Positions 33,514-40,277 of a stretch of DNA of 42,299 nt are shown here, piece after piece (position 1 is the stretch's first letter; each line of letters begins with the position of its first letter). The position numbers were made by a program, and so were the translations under genes. Under the pieces are notes generated by a model. That model was not told the DNA's origin and ran no database searches. It worked only from the letters and a program-made list of their open reading frames with translations. Source of the stretch: a virus; IMG/VR virus record IMGVR_UViG_3300039208_000711. The stretch is one strand, 5' to 3'.

Positions 33514-33660
33514 ATGACAAATTCCTTACATTGTCGCAACGGTTGGAAGAAGGTTTATTCCAGTTTAATCAAACACCATAACAAATTACCATCTGAATTC
33601 TTTTATGATTGTGGTTGTTGTCGTGAATGTGTTAAATTAGGAGGTCATTTTCATGCTTGA
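33514..33660 (+). CDS. Cys-rich mini-protein (48 aa), paralogue of 29955..30083
   Basis: Hand-translated as MTNSLHCRNGWKKVYSSLIKHHNKLPSEFFYDCGCCRECVKLGGHFHA. Confidence 0.4.
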   Translation: MTNSLHCRNGWKKVYSSLIKHHNKLPSEFFYDCGCCRECVKLGGHFHA

Positions 33661-34009
33661 ACTACTATTCACAATATCCTTGGCCACACTTGCATGGCCA
33701 TATGCAGGAGAGCCACTGTGGGACGAGGTTTATTATTCACAACCGATATACCTAGATGTAAAGGGAGAACAAATGGTAACACTACAGCTAGTAGACAAGA
33801 TCTGCAACCCTCGTGACTGTGTGGATGGATTCTATGACTCTGGAACCAACACCATATCCATTGTACAGGGAAAGTTTGGGCATACGCCTTCTGCAATGTA
33901 CTTTGAGAACTATCAAGGATGCACGCCATTCCTGCATGAGAGATGGCATTCAATACACGGAGACTATACCCACAAGATCATGCCGTTTGGATGTGAGGGT
34001 GTGTGGTGA
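33653..34009 (+). CDS. Small secreted protein with an HExxH motif (possible zinc metallopeptidase)
   Basis: 118 aa with a hydrophobic N-terminus (MLELLFTISLATLAWPYAG) and FLHERWHSIHGDYTH. Confidence 0.3.
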   Translation: MLELLFTISLATLAWPYAGEPLWDEVYYSQPIYLDVKGEQMVTLQLVDKICNPRDCVDGFYDSGTNTISIVQGKFGHTPSAMYFENYQGCTPFLHERWHSIHGDYTHKIMPFGCEGVW

Positions 34010-34014
34010 AGGGC

Positions 34015-34188
34015 ATGACTAATACTGAAATTGAGATTGGTCCTTTTACATTGAACTTTCCTAAAGATTCCGAACACATAAGATTCACTTTTGAGAAATC
34101 CAACAAAGAGTATCTGATATCTTTTGATGCGATTGAGAAATTGGTTGCACAGTATGCCTTCACAAAACAGGAGAAATCAGAGCAATGA
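34015..34188 (+). CDS. Hypothetical mini-protein (57 aa)
   Basis: In-frame ATG within track ORF 34003..34188. Confidence 0.4.
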   Translation: MTNTEIEIGPFTLNFPKDSEHIRFTFEKSNKEYLISFDAIEKLVAQYAFTKQEKSEQ

Positions 34189-34448
34189 GAACTATTTCAT
34201 TACGTCAACAACAAGAAGCATTTGCCTTAAGTCATCCAACAAGAAAGGGGATATTGAAACTCTTAAAAAAAGAACTGTGTGTTTTTCACCTTCAAAAAAA
34301 ACTTGGGATACGATCATCCACTACCGTAAGGCATCATGTCGATATTTTACTCAAAGCCAAACTAATCAAAAAAACAAGAACGGTTGAAATCAGAGGTGGA
34401 AATACCAAATACTACAAGGCACAAGTGCTCTTAAAGGAGGTCAAATAA
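34185..34448 (+). CDS. ArsR/SmtB-family winged-helix transcriptional regulator
   Basis: Sequence: ALSHPTRKGILKLLKKELCVFHLQKKLGIRSSTTVRHHVDILLKAKLIKK....G..KYY. Confidence 0.7.
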   Translation: MRTISLRQQQEAFALSHPTRKGILKLLKKELCVFHLQKKLGIRSSTTVRHHVDILLKAKLIKKTRTVEIRGGNTKYYKAQVLLKEVK

Positions 34449-34452
34449 GAGA

Positions 34453-34635
34453 ATGGTTCTACATCCAAAAACAAAATACAAAGGACTTGGTTCTGGTTGG
34501 TGTGATGTTCCTTATTGTAAAGAAGGTGCTAAATGGTGGACTTGTTTAAACTGTGGACATTGTTCATGTGGAAAACATCAGGTGTTTGACGGACTTAATG
34601 TAATTGAGTGCTGGTGGTGCTCTGAAAAGGTGTGA
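34453..34635 (+). CDS. Cys-rich zinc-binding protein (60 aa)
   Basis: ORF from the track. Contains CDVPYC...CLNCGHCSCGKH...CWWC. Confidence 0.45.
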   Translation: MVLHPKTKYKGLGSGWCDVPYCKEGAKWWTCLNCGHCSCGKHQVFDGLNVIECWWCSEKV

Positions 34636-34641
34636 AATGAT

Positions 34642-35118
34642 ATGATGAAACTAGTAATAATAACTGCAATAATCGTCACAGTCGTAATAGTTTCCACTAT
34701 ATCCTATGCCGACGCAGATTTCGATTTTGATATTAGTAATGACTTTTTTGTAAACATTGGAATTCTCAACCTTTCAAGTTACATTGAGCTGTATGATGAG
34801 TCCCTTCCGCCCCAAGAACAACAAGCCCTCCTGGATCACATGAAGACTATGATATTATTACTGCAAAAGTACCCCGATCATACACGATATCCTGGGGAAA
34901 TATTCCCACTCATAATGGAAGCAAATGCCCTGATAGAGAGGGGCATAGTACCGCCGAAACCTCCAACACTGACCGTACAGGACGAGGACACCGGGGAAAT
35001 AATATTCCAGGCATTTACCGACAATGAGCCAAAATACTTTGAGTTTAATCCAGAGAAATGGGACTGTGTCTTTTTCGAGATTCCTACTTTGAAATGTACG
35101 GTGAGGACAACAGAATGA
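34642..35118 (+). CDS. Secreted or membrane-anchored protein (158 aa)
   Basis: The N-terminus is MMKLVIITAIIVTVVIVSTISYADA/DF. Confidence 0.5.
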   Translation: MMKLVIITAIIVTVVIVSTISYADADFDFDISNDFFVNIGILNLSSYIELYDESLPPQEQQALLDHMKTMILLLQKYPDHTRYPGEIFPLIMEANALIERGIVPPKPPTLTVQDEDTGEIIFQAFTDNEPKYFEFNPEKWDCVFFEIPTLKCTVRTTE

Positions 35119-35336
35119 GTGAAGAAGGGAAAGAAAATAATGTCTTTGTACAAGACACTAACTTCACTCTTCAAATAGACTGCATAAAATGCGGCAAAAA
35201 AACAGGAATAGGACAGATCATCTTTGGGTCTGGCAATTCGATGTGTTTAGATTGCGGCAATGAGTTTCAAAATTGGATGTACGATAAATTAGTAAAGGAG
35301 TGGATTTCAAAAAATGACACTACATCAATGTCCTGA
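35115..35336 (+). CDS. Zinc-ribbon protein (73 aa)
   Basis: In-frame ATG 35115 with an ATGA overlap. Contains CIKCGKK....CLDCG. Confidence 0.45.
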   Translation: MSEEGKENNVFVQDTNFTLQIDCIKCGKKTGIGQIIFGSGNSMCLDCGNEFQNWMYDKLVKEWISKNDTTSMS

Positions 35337-35439
35337 ATGCAAGGAATTCTTTGACGAAGAGTGGAAATATCTCCACCACAGGGTCATGCACCACAACTAT
35401 CTGGGTCAAAAATACAACCCCGAAACCTCTTTAACATAG
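35314..35439 (+). CDS. C2H2 zinc-finger mini-protein (41 aa)
   Basis: Hand-translated as MTLHQCPECKEFFDEEWKYLHHRVMHHNY... Confidence 0.45.
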   Translation: MTLHQCPECKEFFDEEWKYLHHRVMHHNYLGQKYNPETSLT

Positions 35440-35456
35440 CGACTGAAAGCCGATTC

Positions 35457-35597
35457 ATGGCCAAGGTCGTATGCGCCTGGTGTGATAGCGAATACCTAGG
35501 ACCGGTAGACAAACACACCTTTATCTGCACTGACTGCAACAATTACACCCACCTTGAAAGGCACGTACGCAGGCAGAACTTGTCAGATCTGCGATAA
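35457..35597 (+). CDS. Zinc-ribbon mini-protein (46 aa)
   Basis: Sequence: MAKVVCAWCDSEYLGPVDKHTFICTDCNNY... This is the in-frame ATG of track ORF 35361..35597. Confidence 0.4.
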   Translation: MAKVVCAWCDSEYLGPVDKHTFICTDCNNYTHLERHVRRQNLSDLR

Positions 35598-35599
35598 AG

Positions 35600-35618
35600 T
35601 TTTTAACGTATTTTTTTT
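35600..35618 (+). terminator. Oligo-T tracts (T5 and T8)
   Basis: TTTTTAACGTATTTTTTTT lies directly after stop 35597. Confidence 0.3.
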
Positions 35619-35625
35619 ACACCTG

Positions 35626-35868
35626 ATGTATATGTCCAGCATCATATCAAAGGCAGATCTTAGAAGCGTAACCATCATAGCGTTTGTTGCGCTGTTCATC
35701 GGATCATTCATCTACTTTGTGATTACGGTGCCTTTTGACGAGGAAAAGAAACTCGATCCAACACTGATGGTGCTGTTGATGATGAATCTGTTAATCGGTA
35801 CTTTGGTCGGCATGTTCGCATGGCTTGGTTTCAAACAGGGACAAGCACAACCACAAAACACAAACTAA
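35626..35868 (+). CDS. Two-TM membrane protein (80 aa)
   Basis: In-frame ATG of track ORF 35554..35868. Hydrophobic segments: VTIIAFVALFIGSFIYFVITV and LMVLLMMNLLIGTLVGMFAWLGF. Confidence 0.45.
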   Translation: MYMSSIISKADLRSVTIIAFVALFIGSFIYFVITVPFDEEKKLDPTLMVLLMMNLLIGTLVGMFAWLGFKQGQAQPQNTN

Positions 35869-35909
35869 TTTTCCCAAATTTTTAAATATCCATATACAGA
35901 TGTCAGTAC

Positions 35910-36086
35910 ATGCCAACTTATGAAAAAGGCCAGACTGACCAAGCACTTGATTTTGTTGCACAGTTTACAAGCATTGAGGACGGACAATTTCTTTCCGTAG
36001 ACGTTGACGACTCTACCATGACTGATGAAGAAAAGGCAGAGCTTGACACAATAATGGCAGGTCTCGGACTCTCAAAAAAAAACTAA
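35910..36086 (+). CDS. 58-codon ORF ending just after the A9 run; probable N-terminal part of the beta-helix protein
   Basis: Hand-translated as MPTYEKGQTDQALDFVAQF...GLGLSKKN*. A TATA-like TTTTTAAATAT lies about 24 nt upstream of the ATG. Confidence 0.45.
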   Translation: MPTYEKGQTDQALDFVAQFTSIEDGQFLSVDVDDSTMTDEEKAELDTIMAGLGLSKKN

Positions 36087-37108
36087 ACGATAATGAATTC
36101 CCACGGGATGCTGTTTTTATTACTCCCGCCCAATCTATTACAGACACCATAAATTCCACCGGCAAGGGACAGTGGATCGTCCTAGAGGACGGAACATGGG
36201 AACCTGATTCTGACAGGCTCTTTGACATCAGAAGAGATGATGTAATCATCAAAGCCAGAAACAAGTGGAAGGCAAAGGTTGATGGCAAAAACAGCGTGAG
36301 ATGGGGAATATGGGCAAGGAACAGCTCAAACAATATAGAACTAGACGGCCTTGACCTGACGGGAACCCCCGAGGGAGGATTCCATGCAAGAGGAATCAAC
36401 GGGCTAAAGTACAACAACATTTATGCACACCATTTTCACAACAAGGAGACAGAGGATCCCAGCGGACTTGGAGCTGCAATATGGTTCTCAGACATTGACG
36501 ACAAGATGAGCAAGAACATCATAATTGACGGCGTTCGCTCAGAACACAATGGAAGAATCCCATACCTACTAAACAATGACGGCACCCCAGACAGGCCTGC
36601 AGACAACAACTGGCATGACCAGACTTTTTACATTGCAGGCCAGAATATGGTAATCAAGAACTGTACTTTCCAGGAATCCCTATCAGGAACTGACATCACA
36701 TTGTCAGGTAGAGATAGATACATCCATGACGTAAAAATAATGAACTGCAAGTTCGGCAAAAGAGTAATGCACAGGAAATCAACCCCAATAATCAACCTTG
36801 TTACTCATGATGAATTCTCAATGTCAAAGATAGAAAACCTCACAATCGAGGGGTGCGACTTTTACAATGGACGATTCGACACCCCGGAGAACCCACAGTG
36901 GTTTAATGAATCTGATTTCAATCCCGCATCATATGCACCGATAAACATGTGGCGCAATGGCGGCCTAGTAGACGGTCTTACAATCAAGGACTGCAGGATG
37001 CAAACAAACACACCATGGGTAAGAGAATGGAAGCCAGACAACAGAGATGCAGAAGATCACCCACAAGTCACCCTGATTAACAACCAAAAGAACGTAGCCC
37101 TGACATAG
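36047..37108 (+). CDS. Right-handed beta-helix (pectate-lyase fold) protein, putative glycan depolymerase or tailspike; no start codon before GTG 36296
   Basis: The frame is open from 36047. The typical N-terminal cap (VFITPAQSITDTINSTGKGQWIVLEDGTWEP) lies upstream of the only candidate start. Repeated I.I.NC.F rungs follow downstream. This is the -1 frame relative to 35910..36086. Confidence 0.6.
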   Translation, partial: HNNGRSRTLKKKLNDNEFPRDAVFITPAQSITDTINSTGKGQWIVLEDGTWEPDSDRLFDIRRDDVIIKARNKWKAKVDGKNSVRWGIWARNSSNNIELDGLDLTGTPEGGFHARGINGLKYNNIYAHHFHNKETEDPSGLGAAIWFSDIDDKMSKNIIIDGVRSEHNGRIPYLLNNDGTPDRPADNNWHDQTFYIAGQNMVIKNCTFQESLSGTDITLSGRDRYIHDVKIMNCKFGKRVMHRKSTPIINLVTHDEFSMSKIENLTIEGCDFYNGRFDTPENPQWFNESDFNPASYAPINMWRNGGLVDGLTIKDCRMQTNTPWVREWKPDNRDAEDHPQVTLINNQKNVALT

Positions 37109-37118
37109 AATAGCACTC

Positions 37119-37136
37119 TTTTTATCCCTCTTTTTT
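37119..37136 (+). terminator. Oligo-T tracts (T5 and T6)
   Basis: CTCTTTTTATCCCTCTTTTTTCC lies 10 nt after stop 37108. Confidence 0.3.
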
Positions 37137-37231
37137 CCATATATGACACGGTTCGGAACGATCCAGGCACCTTCTTCATGTCAACCAAACTCGCCTGTGT
37201 GAATCCGGACCTTAACTTTAATAATTATACT

Positions 37232-37245
37232 GTGTATATATACAC
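37232..37245. promoter_or_regulatory. Perfect 14-bp palindrome GTGTATATATACAC
   Basis: It is self-complementary, AT-rich at the core, and lies 6 nt upstream of ORF 37251. Confidence 0.5.
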
Positions 37246-37250
37246 GGGAA

Positions 37251-37451
37251 TTGGATAGATTAGTCATTGCTGCCCTCATCCTTGTGGTGATAGGAAGTTC
37301 CGTATTTGTGCTAGAGGATAATGCCATTCACATAGAGATTCCTTTGGAGATACTATGTGATTTTGGGCTAGTTAATACTGATGACGGCAACACTACCGCA
37401 CTGGCCAACATTCTCAAGTCATTTCTCCCAGAGGGAATAGACTGTGAGTGA
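37251..37451 (+). CDS. N-terminal TM or signal-anchor protein (66 aa, TTG start)
   Basis: ORF from the track: MDRLVIAALILVVIGSSVFVL... Confidence 0.4.
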   Translation: MDRLVIAALILVVIGSSVFVLEDNAIHIEIPLEILCDFGLVNTDDGNTTALANILKSFLPEGIDCE

Positions 37452-38103
37452 GACAGAAAAGCCCAAGAAGAGACAATCCAATACTCTCTTATACGTGCTA
37501 GTCATACTATCAATGTCCACTTCTGGTGGAGCACTGGGATATGACACAATTCTTGGGGAGAGATTGGTCCCAGAAGACAGAACAGACGATATCCAACAGC
37601 ACCAGATTGATACAATTATCCAGACCACAATTCCTGGTACAATACAAATGATCACAGAGCATTCGCATGAGACACTGCCACATTCGCATGATCTTCCTTT
37701 GCATTCACATGATAATGATGTTGTTGGAGACCATTCGCATCCCTTCCAAGACCATTCACATTCGTTGGAATCCCATTCACATTCTCTGGAAGAGCATACG
37801 CATCCTGAACTTCGCCTTGTAGACACAAGCCATAGCCATACCAATCTGGCTCATGATATTGAAGATCTTCAGGAGGATCATATCAAGGATACAGTAGACT
37901 TGGATGACAGAGTAGACGAGCTGGAGGATGAAATAAGAGACCTCAAACGCGACATTAGAGACTTGGAAAACGCAGAGGACCACAACCACAATGACATCCT
38001 AGACGAAATTCAGGGCATCAAGAACTATCTTGATGAGATGTGTCTACGAGTACTGTCTGAGAAGACATGTGGGGGATTTGCAGATACTCATCTCAACACT
38101 TAA
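37444..38103 (+). CDS. Membrane-anchored His-Ser-His repeat, coiled-coil protein (putative metal-binding)
   Basis: 219 aa. Basic N-terminus plus a TM segment (KPKKRQSNTLLYVLVILSMSTSGGALG). Seven HSH and one HTH within about 60 aa (nt 37660-37839). Acidic coiled coil at the C-terminus. Confidence 0.55.
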   Translation: MSETEKPKKRQSNTLLYVLVILSMSTSGGALGYDTILGERLVPEDRTDDIQQHQIDTIIQTTIPGTIQMITEHSHETLPHSHDLPLHSHDNDVVGDHSHPFQDHSHSLESHSHSLEEHTHPELRLVDTSHSHTNLAHDIEDLQEDHIKDTVDLDDRVDELEDEIRDLKRDIRDLENAEDHNHNDILDEIQGIKNYLDEMCLRVLSEKTCGGFADTHLNT

Positions 38104-38185
38104 TTATCTTGTGAGGCTACATATCTCATCGGCATTTGTCGGACTACACCAAGTCGGACCTTGAGCTGATAGGTAGGTGAAAAGA

Positions 38186-38512
38186 ATGAAAGTAACAGTA
38201 GATATACCAAAAGGCTATTTTGAGGCAGAAAAAGCCAACGCACTCAAAGCATGGAATGAGTACAACGAAAATGATAAACAGTATATAGACAAAGGGTTCA
38301 GATTTGAATTTGATATTGACATCGATGATACTGAGATCGATGAATCTGAGATTGAAATAATGGGGGGTATGAACACAAAGTTTGAGGATTCTCCTTGGGT
38401 GATAATCTCATGGACTCCTGACTCTGCAGACTTGAGACTCTTAGTAGAATACACAACAAAACAACTCAATCGGTTCAAAGCAGCTCTGGAATCCATAACT
38501 GGACTCAAGTAG
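38186..38512 (+). CDS. Acidic hypothetical protein (108 aa)
   Basis: GGTGA at 38176-38180 lies 5 nt before ATG 38186, within track ORF 38177..38512. Confidence 0.5.
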   Translation: MKVTVDIPKGYFEAEKANALKAWNEYNENDKQYIDKGFRFEFDIDIDDTEIDESEIEIMGGMNTKFEDSPWVIISWTPDSADLRLLVEYTTKQLNRFKAALESITGLK

Positions 38513-38519
38513 AATTATC

Positions 38520-38747
38520 ATGGAACGCAATTACTTGATATGCATGCTTGCAGGCTGGTTCATGTCAGAAAACCCTTCCATGACAGGAGATGACCTGAGA
38601 ATACACATAGACCAAAGATTAGAGAAATGTTGCCTATCTCGTTTGGGACAGGAAAAAGACGATCTTCAACTGATTGATGAACTCTTGGGAGAAACAATGA
38701 TCTATGTCATCGGACTTGGAATAAACCGCAAGGACAGGCGGTTCTAA
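38520..38747 (+). CDS. Hypothetical protein (75 aa)
   Basis: ORF from the track, followed by a T6 tract at 38751-38756. Confidence 0.45.
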   Translation: MERNYLICMLAGWFMSENPSMTGDDLRIHIDQRLEKCCLSRLGQEKDDLQLIDELLGETMIYVIGLGINRKDRRF

Positions 38748-38934
38748 TCCTTTTTTAATATATAAAAGACTGGTCGATGACTTCTGACTGAATATATAAA
38801 GAAGTGTTCACTATGAATCACAGGGGCTAGAACCGGAAATAGGACAGCATGATTCCAATCTTTGGTCTAATACCGGCATGGTCTGGTAGTAGTTGCAGCA
38901 GTAACTGTAGCCAATTTGACGCCCTTTCAGAGGA

Positions 38935-39357
38935 CTAGCGGTGTCGAAGACAATTATAACGTCTTCGTGCATCTATCCTCTTGCATTCTTTACAATCTCT
39001 TTTTCCATTAGAGCGAACATAGAGATTTGAGCCATTAAGAGGATGTCCATGTTTACAATGTGTTTTCTTTGAATTCCCACTGGTTTGTATTCCTCTTCTC
39101 AAATTTTCTACTAATGTGACTGCTTCCAAATGTTGTGGATTCACACAAGCCCTGTTGCGACAGAGGTGATCTATTTGCAACTCCTTGGGTATTTCTCCAT
39201 TCCAATGTTTGTATGACACACGATGTGATCTTTCTTGTTTGCCTTCATATCCAAACCGTCCATATCCCATATCCAGAACCCCTTTCCAGATCCAACAACC
39301 TGTCAAAACATCTAATTGTATTTTTTTCTGAAAGCGTAAAAGATCTTGTTTTTTCAA
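38935..39357 (-). CDS. HNH homing endonuclease (HNH_3 type), free-standing
   Basis: Sequence: CWIWKG..D.GYGRF....ERSHRVSYKHWNGEIPKELQIDHLCRNRACVNPQHLEAVT..EN...CKHGH......Y...NGKRDCKEC. It is on the opposite strand and flanked by about 190 and 270 nt of non-coding DNA. Confidence 0.9.
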   Translation of the reverse strand: MKKQDLLRFQKKIQLDVLTGCWIWKGVLDMGYGRFGYEGKQERSHRVSYKHWNGEIPKELQIDHLCRNRACVNPQHLEAVTLVENLRRGIQTSGNSKKTHCKHGHPLNGSNLYVRSNGKRDCKECKRIDARRRYNCLRHR

Positions 39358-39440
39358 CTATTGATATTTGTTAAACTCTACTATATTTTTGATGCCCCGA
39401 AAATTACATATTCTACATATTGGTACGATAATTACGGTCC

Positions 39441-39458
39441 GATATGGAATTCCATATC
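39441..39458. repeat. Perfect 18-bp palindrome GATATGGAATTCCATATC
   Basis: Self-complementary. It lies in the non-coding region upstream of the HNH gene and the 39.6-kb operon. Confidence 0.85.
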
Positions 39459-39594
39459 ACCTGATGGATATCCGCATAAATGTCTAGAGAGAAGAGGGTA
39501 AAAGATCGTCACAATCCCTGAGTGCAGAAAGGGACTACGACATGGGGCATGATCGGGGTATTCGTGATTGTCCTAACGACATCTTCTTCATAAC

Positions 39595-39621
39595 ACATAA
39601 TAACATGTTATGACATACTAT
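39595..39621 (+). promoter_or_regulatory. Early-class promoter: ACATAATAAC box, palindrome ATAACATGTTAT and the 12-mer ATGACATACTAT
   Basis: The 12-mer at 39610-39621 ends 5 nt before ATG 39627 and is identical to 23729-23740. Confidence 0.5.
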
Positions 39622-39626
39622 AACAC

Positions 39627-39770
39627 ATGAAAAAACAACAAGTAAACATGACCCTTGACGAGGCAACAATCACATTCATAGACAGGATAGCAAAAGATGA
39701 GAATCTAGGATACGGCGGCAACAGATCACTGGCAGTACGCCACATAATCAGGGAGTTTAAATCTAAATGA
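39627..39770 (+). CDS. Ribbon-helix-helix (CopG-like) DNA-binding protein (47 aa)
   Basis: Hand-translated as MKKQQVNMTLDEATITFIDRIAKDENLGYGGNRSLAVRHIIREFKSK. The stop overlaps ATG 39767. Confidence 0.6.
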   Translation: MKKQQVNMTLDEATITFIDRIAKDENLGYGGNRSLAVRHIIREFKSK

Positions 39771-40051
39771 CTGAACAGGAACTAGTATTACAGGTAATGG
39801 CTGCAGGACACGGCCACAAGGACATGAGATATGACCCAAAAAACAAGGCAGAAGTCAAAAAGATAAAGGAGTACATCAAGAAGAAACTGGCAGAAGGCTG
39901 GGTACTGTACGGCATGAAGGCAGGAGATTCCATGATGGAAAAGCTTGCAAACGCCCGAGATATTGACAAGATAGACTTGGACAGATTTATCCTCTCAGGC
40001 AAAGACAAGATAGAGAAGAAACTATTGGCACAGCCAAACACGGGTGGATAG
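39767..40051 (+). CDS. Hypothetical protein (94 aa)
   Basis: ORF from the track. Confidence 0.5.
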   Translation: MTEQELVLQVMAAGHGHKDMRYDPKNKAEVKKIKEYIKKKLAEGWVLYGMKAGDSMMEKLANARDIDKIDLDRFILSGKDKIEKKLLAQPNTGG

Positions 40052-40052
40052 A

Positions 40053-40277
40053 ATGGGAAAATATGGTGAACAATATCAACAAGAGGATGACCTAAAACCA
40101 ACCGATGATGGAAGAATCCTCGAATTTTGGCTTTGGAAGATTGCAGAGGAATTAGCTGAAGCAAATAGGCTGAAGAGAATTGAACTTCGTCAGGGTACAT
40201 CTCGAATACAATTACGATCTAATGACTATCCTATTCAAGATGTCATCGACAAAGAGGAATTAGAGGACAAAGCATAA
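40053..40277 (+). CDS. Hypothetical acidic protein (74 aa)
   Basis: In-frame ATG 1 nt after the upstream stop, within track ORF 40044..40277. Confidence 0.45.
   Translation: MGKYGEQYQQEDDLKPTDDGRILEFWLWKIAEELAEANRLKRIELRQGTSRIQLRSNDYPIQDVIDKEELEDKA

Noticed and set aside
38094-38106. AACACTTAATTAT as a sixth late-promoter copy
   Set aside because: It overlaps the stop codon of 37444..38103 and lies about 80 nt from the next start (38186), which has its own SD. The spacing and the TATA part do not match the five strong copies.
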